Source: a virus
Taxonomy: Duplodnaviria > Caudoviricetes
DNA length: 64,000 nucleotides
Reading direction: 5' to 3' (one strand)
IMG/VR virus record: IMGVR_UViG_3300017722_003538
Location: 1-64,000 of that record
Position 1 is the first letter of the stretch. The number at the start of each line of letters is the position of its first letter. A program made the position numbers and the translations under genes. The notes under the pieces were generated by a model. The model searched no databases. It was given only the letters and a program-made list of their open reading frames with translations, and was not told the origin of the DNA. Of this stretch, positions 19,568 through 29,914 are shown piece by piece.

Positions 19568-20782
19568 ATGTCACAAGACGTTTTAACAAAACCAACAGAG
19601 AATCTAGTAAACGATATCTCTAACTTTGATTGGGATGCATACTCTGCAGATTGCCCATCCTCTCTTAGAAAAATAAACCACCACATAAAAGCTCCAGAAG
19701 GGGTTAAGGTGTATTCAAGAGAACCTTATGCCCAAGAACTTCTTAATTTAATGGAAAGTCACTGGAGCGAAAACACACAAACACATGCAATAAACGCCGG
19801 AGAAACTCACACTGGTAAAGTCTATGCAGTAGACATGGAATGGGCATCGATCGATATTGGATATCGTGAGATGGTATACGTTCAATTGTCAAAAGAATCC
19901 GCAATCTCAAGAGCACGATTAGTTCCTGGGACTGAAATATCTGTTGAAATTACGGCAGAAAAAAGTAAAAGCACTAGAGGATTTATATTGGGTTCAGTGG
20001 AGGCTGGAATTAAAGCCGCTACCCTAAGAGAAATCTTAGCAGCTGCCGAAACTGGAAATACCGCATACATGGGAACTGTAACTAGTATGATTCCAGGTGG
20101 AGGTTACTTTGTTAACGTACAGGGAGTTGATTGTTTCATGCCAGGTTCTCTAGCAGGTATTAATAAACTTGCAGACTTTGGTTCTGTAATTAACACTCAA
20201 ATGTACGTAGTACCAATGAGTTATTCTCCTGAAAAAGGAACAGTAATTGTATCTCACCGAAAATATCTTCAAGCATTAATTCCAAATGCAATTGAAGACC
20301 TTAGAAATAACGCCGGAGAAACCAAAGAGGGTAATGTAACGGGTTCTGCAAAATATGGAGTATTCGTTGAATTTGATGGCTGTTTAACTGGAATGATTCA
20401 TGCAAATGATTTAAACCCAGAAATGGCAAGAAAACATAAAGCCAGAGAAATTAATCCAGGAGATGTTATTGAATTCAAGATTAAAGAGATAATCAATAAC
20501 GATAAAATCACGTTGACTCAATTAGAGCATGTAGAAATAAATGACCCATGGACTGATGTTGCGACTAAATACAAAAGCTTTCCAGTTGAAGTTAAAGGTA
20601 CAATAAAATCTGTTAAAGATTATGGAGTATTCGTAGATGTTGGAGATGGAATTGTTGGATTACTTCACGTTTCAGAACTTCCTGATAATATTAAAGTCGA
20701 TTCACTTGTTAAGAACGATAATATTACCGTTCAAATTACAAGAATGGATGTTGCTACCCGAAAGGTATTCTTAAAACTATAA
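19568..20782 (+). CDS. rpsA: ribosomal protein S1 homologue (about four S1/OB repeats)
   Basis: GGYFV.VQGVDCFMPGS, IVSHRKYL, YGVFVEF.G..GMIH..DL, YGVFVDVGDGIVGLLHVSEL are typical S1 repeats. Confidence 0.85.
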   Translation: MSQDVLTKPTENLVNDISNFDWDAYSADCPSSLRKINHHIKAPEGVKVYSREPYAQELLNLMESHWSENTQTHAINAGETHTGKVYAVDMEWASIDIGYREMVYVQLSKESAISRARLVPGTEISVEITAEKSKSTRGFILGSVEAGIKAATLREILAAAETGNTAYMGTVTSMIPGGGYFVNVQGVDCFMPGSLAGINKLADFGSVINTQMYVVPMSYSPEKGTVIVSHRKYLQALIPNAIEDLRNNAGETKEGNVTGSAKYGVFVEFDGCLTGMIHANDLNPEMARKHKAREINPGDVIEFKIKEIINNDKITLTQLEHVEINDPWTDVATKYKSFPVEVKGTIKSVKDYGVFVDVGDGIVGLLHVSELPDNIKVDSLVKNDNITVQITRMDVATRKVFLKL

Positions 20783-20810
20783 TTGTTAATAACTTTAACA
20801 TAAAATTAAC

Positions 20811-20839
20811 AACCCAGATTTTCGGATCTGGGTTTTTTT
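20811..20839 (+). terminator. intrinsic terminator overlapping an early promoter
   Basis: AACCCAGAT-tttcgg-ATCTGGGTT followed by a T run. Confidence 0.8.
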
Positions 20840-20874
20840 GTTTATATTTACATTATAATTAAAACAGATATATA
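20819..20874 (+). promoter_or_regulatory. tandem early promoter and late motif
   Basis: TTTT 20819, TATATTTACA 20843-20852, GATATATA 20867-20874. Confidence 0.65.
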
Positions 20875-20878
20875 AATC

Positions 20879-21667
20879 ATGACTAAATTTAAGACATACG
20901 GACAATTCATTAATGAATCAAAACAAGATAATATTGTCAATGTTATCCTAGATTCGTTGGAGCCTACAATCGTTGAGATGGTTGCTGCAACCGAAAAATG
21001 GTTTGTAGAGACTTTTAAACAGGAGTTCACTAAGTATGACAGAGAGATGGCTAGAATCAATTTAACCTATGATATGGTTAAATCTATTGAAATGTATACC
21101 TTACCAACCGATTCAATGTTATCAATGAACGTACGTAAGAGTGTTAAAGGAAATATTCAAATTGATGCTCAAATCCAAAGAGGAGAAGAGACTTATAGTT
21201 TTTCAACTGAAGCGATTTATGCAGGAGGACACAATATCCAAAGACTTCACTATAGATATATTGTTAAGACAAGTATTCCAAAAACTGGAGCTAATGAAAT
21301 TGCTAAAGAATACGCAGATAAAATTAAGAAAATGTCTAAGCTTGAACAACTAAATAAAGAAATAAATAGTTACGAGCAACGTATTAAAACAGAACAAGAA
21401 AAACTTGAAGTTAACTCTAAATTAACAGATGATGAGATTAAGGCAAAAGGTGACTATGTATGGCCGACTTGGAAAGAAATTGTAAAGAGAGGTGCTGCTA
21501 AAAATTATAATAATGACGAAGCATACTACTATCAAGAACAAGAAAAAAGCTTACAACGCCAAATCGATTCATGGAAACAGATTAATGTTATTTCAAAACA
21601 ACAATGGCTAGCTAGCATTAACAAATCACTTCAAAAGCTTATATCAAAACGAGATTCTATGGTATAG
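20879..21667 (+). CDS. hypothetical protein with capsid-targeting-like leader
   Basis: MTKFKTYGQFINES leader; coiled-coil C-terminal half. Confidence 0.65.
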   Translation: MTKFKTYGQFINESKQDNIVNVILDSLEPTIVEMVAATEKWFVETFKQEFTKYDREMARINLTYDMVKSIEMYTLPTDSMLSMNVRKSVKGNIQIDAQIQRGEETYSFSTEAIYAGGHNIQRLHYRYIVKTSIPKTGANEIAKEYADKIKKMSKLEQLNKEINSYEQRIKTEQEKLEVNSKLTDDEIKAKGDYVWPTWKEIVKRGAAKNYNNDEAYYYQEQEKSLQRQIDSWKQINVISKQQWLASINKSLQKLISKRDSMV

Positions 21668-21719
21668 TTATTTTTTAATTGGATATATAACCTAACTTAA
21701 GTTAATATATCCAAATTGA

Positions 21720-23012
21720 ATGAATAATCTAAATGAATCTAGTATTTTGCAGAATGCCCTTGTAGGCGTTGAATTTGAATTTTACTCAAATTTCAGTGCT
21801 GAAGATACTGCAAAAAAACTTGCAAAATTACTTGGCAAAAAAATTCACGTTGAGGATAAATCACATAGTGATTTTGAAGTAACCAAAGATGAATTTAAAA
21901 TAGAACCTGATATGTCAGGTGGTGCTAAACTTCTTGAGTTGGTTACTGGAGCCCTTCCATATACCGCAGCCCGATTAATGATAATTAACGTTTGTAAGTG
22001 GATTGAAGAGAATGGATATACAAATGACAGGTCTTCGATACATTTAAATCTTTCATTTGATAAATCAAAAATTGAAAACAAATATCGTATCTCTAAAATG
22101 AACGTTCTTAAATTCATTTTAGATTTTAATGAGGAACAGGTCTTTAAATTCTTTCCTAAAAGAGAAAACTCAGCCTACGCAAAATCGATTAAATTTGTCT
22201 TGCCAAAAGAGGACACTTACTTTTTTGATGGAAAACATATCAATCAACAGAATTTTATTTACCCTGATACAAAATACTACGGGATAAATTTTGACAAGAG
22301 ACATAAAAATTATCTAGAATTCCGATATATTGGAGGAAAGGATTGGGAAAAGAAAACAACTACAATTCTTTATTTAGTTGATCGTTTCCTACTTCAATTA
22401 TGGAAATCTACCGAAGATACAAACTTTACGGAATTAAATGCAATTGAATTAAAAAAGATAGTTGCAGGCAATCAAAGAATAATCGACGCTAGAAGGGACT
22501 GGAAAACAATTAAAGATAATTGGAAAAACGTTAAGTTTACGATAGACATGAACGACGACCCTAGAGTGGTTGACATGTACTGGAGTTCAGTTAAGGAGAG
22601 AGTGATGAGATTATTTACGCACGGAGACCTTAGTAAAGGACATATCAATTATGATTCTGACGCGGGTCGGATTCAAGTAAATGGAGGTCGTCTAGAATAT
22701 TGTGTTGACCTTAGAGGATATGAATTTGTAAGTTGTTTCTTACGAGGAGAATTTACCGAATGTGATATGTATGGATGCGACGTTAATGGCTCCGATATTC
22801 ATTATTGTAATTTCTATCAGTCAACTCAGCTTACTAGTTCCAAATTAGACGGTTCATATGTTCATGGTACATGTACCGCAAATGATTGTTACGTATATGG
22901 AAAAGGAACTTTTAAAGGAACAATGAATGGAGGAATCTTTAGAGAGGGTTCATTCGATAAAAAACTGGCTAAATTTAATGATGTTGAAATTGTTAAATCT
23001 AGAGCAATATAA
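21720..23012 (+). CDS. putative amidoligase (COOH-NH2 ligase-like) with C-terminal beta-helix-like repeats
   Basis: GVEFE, EPD.S, ELVT, SSIHLN, KYYGIN, LEFR motif series; C-terminus has short G/C-rich repeats. Confidence 0.7.
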   Translation: MNNLNESSILQNALVGVEFEFYSNFSAEDTAKKLAKLLGKKIHVEDKSHSDFEVTKDEFKIEPDMSGGAKLLELVTGALPYTAARLMIINVCKWIEENGYTNDRSSIHLNLSFDKSKIENKYRISKMNVLKFILDFNEEQVFKFFPKRENSAYAKSIKFVLPKEDTYFFDGKHINQQNFIYPDTKYYGINFDKRHKNYLEFRYIGGKDWEKKTTTILYLVDRFLLQLWKSTEDTNFTELNAIELKKIVAGNQRIIDARRDWKTIKDNWKNVKFTIDMNDDPRVVDMYWSSVKERVMRLFTHGDLSKGHINYDSDAGRIQVNGGRLEYCVDLRGYEFVSCFLRGEFTECDMYGCDVNGSDIHYCNFYQSTQLTSSKLDGSYVHGTCTANDCYVYGKGTFKGTMNGGIFREGSFDKKLAKFNDVEIVKSRAI

Positions 23013-23027
23013 AAAAATAATAAAAAG

Positions 23028-23858
23028 ATGAGTGATATAACAGCAATTGGAAATTCAAGTCTATTAAATCCAGAATGGGAAACGGAATGCCGTAATAATT
23101 TTGTAAATGAACTTGCGGCTGACATAACAGGTTCATGTATGATACCGATGAACCTTCCAAAAAGTGAAGTTCAAAATATAGTTGAAAGGGCTAAGAAGTG
23201 GTTCTATAAAAATTACGAGTATTCAGTTCAAGAAAACTTTTTAGTAATTCCGGCAGCGATGTTTCAAACTCCACATTTTAAATTAACTAGAAGTTTTACT
23301 CTTCCAGGAATAGACCCTGTAACGAAAGGCGGTGAGGTATTTTCAGTATTTGCAATTATGGAAAGAGGAAGTTCTTGGGGTGGAAGTATGGATATTAACT
23401 TTACGCAAGGAGATTTTTCGGTTGAAAGAATGTTAATGGGTGGAATTTACGGAGGTTCTAAAACGGGACAAGCCGCAGAAAATCTACAGTACTACGTAAT
23501 CAATGAATCTTTCTTTGACCTAGCGCGTCAGATTTTTAACAATCCATATAGTTTTCATTACAGTCAACTAACGCATGAATTAAAATTTACTGGAGAAACT
23601 CCGAAAAAAGATACAATCCTAAAAGTTTACCAAACTATTCCGGAATGCGCTCTATTTGGAGATGAAGCATTTTTTAGATATTGTTCAGCTAAAATTAAAA
23701 TTTCATTAGGACAAAAACTTGGAATATTTGGATTTGCCCTTCCTGGAAATATTCAAGTAAATCCAGACCTGATTAAAGGACTTGGTGAAGAGGAACTATC
23801 CAATGTGATCGAAGAAATTAAGAGCGACGAAGGTACCGACTGGATGTTCCATTCTTAA
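23028..23858 (+). CDS. neck/head-completion protein (T4 gp13-like)
   Basis: C-terminal FFRYCSAKIK..LG.KL..F...LPG..QVN...I...G.EE matches the gp13 pattern. Confidence 0.7.
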   Translation: MSDITAIGNSSLLNPEWETECRNNFVNELAADITGSCMIPMNLPKSEVQNIVERAKKWFYKNYEYSVQENFLVIPAAMFQTPHFKLTRSFTLPGIDPVTKGGEVFSVFAIMERGSSWGGSMDINFTQGDFSVERMLMGGIYGGSKTGQAAENLQYYVINESFFDLARQIFNNPYSFHYSQLTHELKFTGETPKKDTILKVYQTIPECALFGDEAFFRYCSAKIKISLGQKLGIFGFALPGNIQVNPDLIKGLGEEELSNVIEEIKSDEGTDWMFHS

Positions 23859-23874
23859 ACAAATATATACTATT

Positions 23875-24228
23875 ATGGAATTGTACATAAAATCACTAGA
23901 AGACCCTAACTATGACGAGGATCAGTTACAAATCGACGAAGATATTGCACTGATAATATCTCAAATCGAAACATTGATATTTACTGAGAAAGGCGACGTT
24001 ATGGGAGACCCTGAATTTGGGCTTAACCTTGAAGATTATGTGTATTCCTTTATGTATAATGATACAATGTTACAAGGGGTAGTTCAAAGTGCTATTTCGC
24101 GATATGTTCCACTAGCCGCAAAAATACCAGTCCATGTTACTGTTGAGTTTGCTGAATTGACCGAGAAGAATATGGTTTTTATAGACATATCTATTGACTA
24201 TAGATTTGGAATAACAATCGCTATATAA
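23875..24228 (+). CDS. baseplate wedge subunit (T4 gp25-like)
   Basis: LIFTEKGDVMGDPEFGLNL...I.RYVP. Confidence 0.85.
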   Translation: MELYIKSLEDPNYDEDQLQIDEDIALIISQIETLIFTEKGDVMGDPEFGLNLEDYVYSFMYNDTMLQGVVQSAISRYVPLAAKIPVHVTVEFAELTEKNMVFIDISIDYRFGITIAI

Positions 24229-24241
24229 AAAAATAAATGAG

Positions 24242-26062
24242 ATGACTGAATTAAAATTTTTATCAAGAGCCAGAATTAAGGCTACTGAAATGATTGCCGA
24301 TACTCGAACATATATTTCAAGAGTATATGGTCGATCAAGCGATTTATTTACAACAGCTTCGCCATATTCTCAAATACTTGAAGTACTAGCTGAACTTACT
24401 AATTTAAACTTTCTTTATATTGAGGATGCTGTAGTTGAACAAAATATCCTAACAGCACAGGACCCAGAATCTATATATGGACTTGCAAGACTTGCAGGCC
24501 ATGATGCATTTAGAGGTTCATCTGCTCTAGGTGAATTAAAAATAAGACTAAATACCAGCGCATTTAATGATATCGAAGGAAGCACATTAAATATTCCTGC
24601 GAATTCAATAATCAAGGCAAGTAAAAATGGTTTAGAATATATTTTAAGAACAAACAATGACCAGTTTGTAATTCAAAAAAGTAATCCAGATTACATATAC
24701 ATACCAGTGATTCAGGGTAAAATTGAAAAACAAACCCTAACCGGTACTGGTGAAAAGTTACAATCATTTAATGTAATTACTAAAAAGAACACAGATAACG
24801 ACTCGGTTAGAGTTAGTGTTAATAGTGAATTGTGGAGCAAATATGATTCTCTATATGATATGAAAGTTGGGACCAAAGGATATATGGTTAAAACTGGAAT
24901 AACTGGAGGTCTAGATATTTATTTTGGTAATGGTTCATTTGGAATGATTCCACCGACAGGTTCTTCTATTGATATTGAATACCTTATTTCAGAAGGTAGT
25001 AAAGGTAATTTGACAGGTTCTAAAGACCTTAATTTTAAATTTCAAACTGAAGGATTTGATTCTCTTGGAAATTCATGTGACTTAAACAAATTACTAGAGG
25101 CTTCTTTTACAGTTGCTCCAACGATGGGATCCGATCCTGAGAGTATTGAACTTACTAAATTGATTGCACCACTACAAAGTCACTCATTTGTACTTGCAAC
25201 TCCAGATAATTATGAGTCGTTTCTTTCTAAGTACGGAATGTTCTCATATTTAGACGCATACAATACGACAAATGATGGATATATCGATGATGATAATGTG
25301 ATATACTTATTCATGTTGCCAGATACCAAAAGAAAACTGAGCAAAAATAACGACTATTTTAACCTACATCAAGAGGAATTCTTTTTTTCAGAAGAGGAAA
25401 AGAATGCATTTCTTAGAACTTTAGAAAATTCAGGTCGACAAATGGTTACTACTGAAGTTAAAATCGTCGAACCTAAGGCTCAATATTTTAGAATGGACGT
25501 TAAGGTAAGATACTTTGAAGGATTTAATAAAGTTAACCTGTTTGGCGAAATACGAACAAAAATATCTGATTACTTAATCAATATAACACGTAGAGACCGT
25601 TTACCAAAATCAGATATTATTGCACTATTAGAAGGCGTTGAAGGTATCGATTCGGTAAATGTGCGATTTGTTTCTGAAAAGGAGGAGACAGCTAGAAGAC
25701 TAGGATATTATGTGAGTGAAACGGTAACGGTAACTCCATCAACTACAACTCTTGAAGATATTGGAAATGGAAAACAAAAATACGTTTTCTTTAAAAGAAA
25801 TGTACAAACAACACTGGTTAATTTTGAACCAAATGCTCCTCTTCCGGAGAATGTTATTAATCTTGACTCTTTTGGAGATATTATTTTAGAGAAAGAAGAG
25901 GTTGCACTATTCAGAGGAGGATGGGTAGATCGTGAAGGTGCTCCAGTACTTGATGATGCTAAAGTTGGAGAAATGGCAGCACTATCAGTTTACTTTGATG
26001 AACCTGCGGTACCAAACACTATTTTTAGTAGAGTACAGGCTCAAAATAGAAAAGCATTATAA
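24242..26062 (+). CDS. baseplate wedge subunit (T4 gp6-like)
   Basis: SIYGLARLAG, IYFGNGSFGMIP..GS.I.IEYL.SEG..GN, GSDPESIE, T..NYE motifs. Confidence 0.85.
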   Translation: MTELKFLSRARIKATEMIADTRTYISRVYGRSSDLFTTASPYSQILEVLAELTNLNFLYIEDAVVEQNILTAQDPESIYGLARLAGHDAFRGSSALGELKIRLNTSAFNDIEGSTLNIPANSIIKASKNGLEYILRTNNDQFVIQKSNPDYIYIPVIQGKIEKQTLTGTGEKLQSFNVITKKNTDNDSVRVSVNSELWSKYDSLYDMKVGTKGYMVKTGITGGLDIYFGNGSFGMIPPTGSSIDIEYLISEGSKGNLTGSKDLNFKFQTEGFDSLGNSCDLNKLLEASFTVAPTMGSDPESIELTKLIAPLQSHSFVLATPDNYESFLSKYGMFSYLDAYNTTNDGYIDDDNVIYLFMLPDTKRKLSKNNDYFNLHQEEFFFSEEEKNAFLRTLENSGRQMVTTEVKIVEPKAQYFRMDVKVRYFEGFNKVNLFGEIRTKISDYLINITRRDRLPKSDIIALLEGVEGIDSVNVRFVSEKEETARRLGYYVSETVTVTPSTTTLEDIGNGKQKYVFFKRNVQTTLVNFEPNAPLPENVINLDSFGDIILEKEEVALFRGGWVDREGAPVLDDAKVGEMAALSVYFDEPAVPNTIFSRVQAQNRKAL

Positions 26063-26331
26063 TGGGTATTTTAAGTAATTTATTTAAAGTTCGTAAAGTA
26101 AAGAGTTACGACACGAGACTTTCAGCAATGGACCAAAGGTTAAACGAAGGTAACGATTATCGAACAAATATATTAAGTAATTCATTATCGAAATACATAC
26201 AACGAAATAGTACAATGTTTGATTTTATTACGATGATGCAACATGTTGTCGCAGACTGGGTTGATTCTGTTTCTTATTTAAAAGCATATAAATCATACAC
26301 AGTCAGAAAAGACGATAAAAAAGTTAAGTAA
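26062..26331 (+). CDS. hypothetical (baseplate) protein
   Basis: 89-aa ORF coupled between the gp6-like and gp7-like genes. Confidence 0.6.
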   Translation: MGILSNLFKVRKVKSYDTRLSAMDQRLNEGNDYRTNILSNSLSKYIQRNSTMFDFITMMQHVVADWVDSVSYLKAYKSYTVRKDDKKVK

Positions 26332-26333
26332 GA

Positions 26334-29321
26334 ATGGCAAATCCAAATTTAAGATTTTTTGATAGTGAATCAAATGACCTAAACCTTCTATACAATTCTG
26401 ATACGAATATATGGGAGGGAGTTTGTTATTTACCGAAAGTATCGACTGGACTGTATGAGACTTTAACAATATACATATTAGAACAGGTTGAAGGTGAATT
26501 AGGTGGCGACAAGTTTATTACACCAATTGGGACTGGTTCCAATCCCGGAAATAAGTTTAAGTTTAAGTTTTTTAGTGGTTATGAATTTAGCGAAGACATT
26601 TTTATGTATAGCGCTAAAAATAATAATGGAGTTCTTGAAATTCAAAAGGATGATATTCAAATTCACCCTATATTAAATGGGAATACTCATATAGGAACAA
26701 ATGGAGATGGCTTTAGAATAATTAGTAGTAATATTCCAATGATTCCTGTTAAGTGTAACATTGCTCTTATGAGCGAGGAAGATAATTACCATACCCGAAT
26801 ACTTGATATTTACGAAATATACTATGATACTGAGGACGGTCTTCCATACGGACCTGGTACAGAAGTATTAATTGCAAGCATTAGAATATACGGAGAAACT
26901 GAAGCTGAAGATGAAAGATTAGGAGTTCTACTATCCAATATGGGAATGTCCCTATCCGAAGAGGAATATATTATACTTAGAGATTCAAACATTATGGAGA
27001 TGTCTCCAGACTGGATTTTAATGAATCAAAAGAGAAAGGAACTTCTACTACAAGCATCACAAATAAAACCTTTTGTTGGTACATATAAAGCGCTCTTAAA
27101 TGCCATTGATTTTTACGGTTACAATAAAATAACGCTTAAAGAATATTGGTTGAACATTAATGAGCAAGCAGAAAACTTTGGAAAACTGCAAGCAATTGCA
27201 CTTCCAAATCAAGACACTGTTGGATTTCTTGCAAATAAAAATCAAGGAAACCAGTTGCCAAGTTCTAATTTAAAAAAGACTAGCAGATTTTCTCTTGTTT
27301 ATCGTTTAAACGAGGCAGACGGAAATGTTGACGAGTGGGATATCCCAACTGTAGTTGAATCGACTGATTATAGTCCTGATGAAGTACTTATAAAACTATA
27401 TGGACTTAAGAATAAATTGCAAGAAAAATACTTGCCTCTCCAGTCTAAAATCGTCGATATTACCGGAGAAGGAGATTACTTTGCTCAATTTAATTTAAAC
27501 GTTTGGAACAATCAGCATTTTATCAAAGACCAAACTGCCGGACAGAAGGTTGACTTTAGTAGATACCCAAAGGAGAGACAATTATATATTGAAGACCTTA
27601 GAAAGGTTGACTACAGATTAACTGGAATTAACCAAAACTTTTCTGCTCTTAGTAATAACATCAGAGAAGCTATTTCGAATTCTATTATAAATTTTTATGA
27701 TGAATATTATTTTGATGAGTTGTCAAGCTTTAATACTCTTGCCGGGATTCCAGTTGGATGTCCTATTGTTTTAAATGCCGACTCATTTATTGGAAGCTGG
27801 GATTCTGCTGAATTTACATGGTTAGATTCAGGAAAAGACTATGTAGGTGGAGCGGTTGGATATAACTTTTTTGATGATTTTCCACCACACCCTACAAATG
27901 CAACTGGAGTTAGGCCTAATACAATATGTTATGGGCCAACATGCCCTATACCTTTACCAATAGGTACAGTACCATTAGGAACGCCGCCCGTGGTAAACTT
28001 TACATATTGGGATTATTTGCATGCGAATGAACCGTATATTTTATGTACATGGGATAACTGGTGGAGACAGGGAATCTATGAATTAGAGTGGACAATACTT
28101 GGACCTAGAGGTTATTCAGAATCTTTTAGAGGACCTGTTGGATTCTATGATATTACTGGAACATTCCGTCCACGATACCAAGAGTTTCCTATAGTACTTC
28201 CATATGCTGGAACCTACTCTGTTGAATTGTCTATATTTGACCTTTATAATGTTCGAAGTTCTTATAGAAAGCCTGACTATTTTGAAGTTAAAAACAAAAA
28301 TGTCGAAGTTTACGGAATATTCCAAAGAATGTTACCTCAATTAAATTGGAACGAGTACAAGTACTCTTATGATGTTGCAGGTAGTGACTGGGATTGGGCT
28401 AGAGAGAATACAATCGACGTTGATAGTGTTATCGCAACATATTACTTAACGTTAGACCGCGCCAACTATACACACGACGAAGAGGATGGTCCGGAATTCT
28501 CTACAGTGAGAAGATATGTTGACCCAAATACAGTGACTGGATTTAATGAAACTGCTGGACCATATCAGTGGAGAGAGTTAAGAACCCAGCTTTGGGAAGA
28601 TGGAGAAGAGGTTAATTGGGACATGATGCGGGTTGGAGCCGATATAAATTCGTCATTTAAAATAGATTTAAGACAATCTAATGGGTACAATAATGGTTGG
28701 ATCTTTTTTATAACTCAATATGACGTGAATACAAACCAACTAGTTACAGATTCACATCCAATACAATCTCCATATCCGATTGATGAATTTGATTTATCAG
28801 CATGGAATGATATTGCCGATGAACTTTCTCAATTAGATCCGGTTCAACATCCAATCTTGACAAAATTTAATTATAATCCAATCTTAGTCGATACGGATAA
28901 CGATGGAACTGAAGATATTTGTGAGTACATATTAGTAGTTGCTGAAGAACCTTCAAGAACCCATGATTATTTTAGTGTTGGTTTTAATGACCCTACTGGT
29001 GGAGAAGTAGTTGCAGGTTCTGAGTTACATTTTGAAAGTTACAATCCAAACTATCAAGACCTTTGCGTTATTGATACTCACATGGAGGTTAAAAGATTAA
29101 ATCATGTTACATTTTCATATGACACTACGAATATGCCCGGAATTATTGGACAGCGCTGGACGCTTAAAAATAATAATGAAAATGTAAATGATATATATTA
29201 TAGTAATACATGGCTGACATATCTATTCAAATACAAAGGTGATTACACTATTGAATTAGAACTGACCGACGTTAATGGAAATAAAAACACAATAAATAAA
29301 AATATATTAAAAATCATTTAA
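26334..29321 (+). CDS. baseplate wedge protein (gp7-like) with PKD/Ig-like domains
   Basis: GTYKALLNAIDFYGY resembles the gp7/P2-I KGT motif; AGTYSVELSI and KGDYTIELELTD.NGN are PKD-like strands. Confidence 0.6.
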   Translation: MANPNLRFFDSESNDLNLLYNSDTNIWEGVCYLPKVSTGLYETLTIYILEQVEGELGGDKFITPIGTGSNPGNKFKFKFFSGYEFSEDIFMYSAKNNNGVLEIQKDDIQIHPILNGNTHIGTNGDGFRIISSNIPMIPVKCNIALMSEEDNYHTRILDIYEIYYDTEDGLPYGPGTEVLIASIRIYGETEAEDERLGVLLSNMGMSLSEEEYIILRDSNIMEMSPDWILMNQKRKELLLQASQIKPFVGTYKALLNAIDFYGYNKITLKEYWLNINEQAENFGKLQAIALPNQDTVGFLANKNQGNQLPSSNLKKTSRFSLVYRLNEADGNVDEWDIPTVVESTDYSPDEVLIKLYGLKNKLQEKYLPLQSKIVDITGEGDYFAQFNLNVWNNQHFIKDQTAGQKVDFSRYPKERQLYIEDLRKVDYRLTGINQNFSALSNNIREAISNSIINFYDEYYFDELSSFNTLAGIPVGCPIVLNADSFIGSWDSAEFTWLDSGKDYVGGAVGYNFFDDFPPHPTNATGVRPNTICYGPTCPIPLPIGTVPLGTPPVVNFTYWDYLHANEPYILCTWDNWWRQGIYELEWTILGPRGYSESFRGPVGFYDITGTFRPRYQEFPIVLPYAGTYSVELSIFDLYNVRSSYRKPDYFEVKNKNVEVYGIFQRMLPQLNWNEYKYSYDVAGSDWDWARENTIDVDSVIATYYLTLDRANYTHDEEDGPEFSTVRRYVDPNTVTGFNETAGPYQWRELRTQLWEDGEEVNWDMMRVGADINSSFKIDLRQSNGYNNGWIFFITQYDVNTNQLVTDSHPIQSPYPIDEFDLSAWNDIADELSQLDPVQHPILTKFNYNPILVDTDNDGTEDICEYILVVAEEPSRTHDYFSVGFNDPTGGEVVAGSELHFESYNPNYQDLCVIDTHMEVKRLNHVTFSYDTTNMPGIIGQRWTLKNNNENVNDIYYSNTWLTYLFKYKGDYTIELELTDVNGNKNTINKNILKII

Positions 29322-29322
29322 A

Positions 29323-29889
29323 ATGGCGAGTATAACAACAATCCTAGGAACCGACAGTGTTTCTTCATCTAGAATCGTAATCAATAACAATTTTGCAGCT
29401 CTTAATCAAGAGTTAGCAGATATTGCTAATTTGCTTAATACGACAAATCAAACTCTTACACTAACCGGACAAATTCAAGGTGGTACGTTAAAGGTTAATA
29501 ATGGAACTATTGACACTTTTAAAGTTAATAACGCGGATGCTGATGTAAACGTACCTATTAACTTTAATCAAGACGTTGTTTTAAACAATGGACTAAAGCA
29601 TTCTGTATACGTTGGAGCCACATCTCTTCCAAGTGCACCAAACTCTTATGTTTATACTACATACGTTTTAACTGCAACTTCATTTCCAACTCCGGTACTG
29701 TTATCAGCAGCGGATCAAGGTCAAGAAATTACATTAATTGCAAATGGTGGTTCAGTAGATATCAATGATACTAACATAGCGGGAGTTACTACAGATATTG
29801 AGATTATAGATCAGGGATCGTTAACACTAAGATATATTGGAAGTGAATTCTTTGTAGTTGCTTCATCTAATTGCTCTGTAGTATACTAA
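29323..29889 (+). CDS. virion structural protein
   Basis: N-terminal D...SR.VINNNF..L anchor similar to the fibre N-termini. Confidence 0.55.
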   Translation: MASITTILGTDSVSSSRIVINNNFAALNQELADIANLLNTTNQTLTLTGQIQGGTLKVNNGTIDTFKVNNADADVNVPINFNQDVVLNNGLKHSVYVGATSLPSAPNSYVYTTYVLTATSFPTPVLLSAADQGQEITLIANGGSVDINDTNIAGVTTDIEIIDQGSLTLRYIGSEFFVVASSNCSVVY

Positions 29890-29914
29890 TACTAATAAAA
29901 ACAAAATAGCTTAA

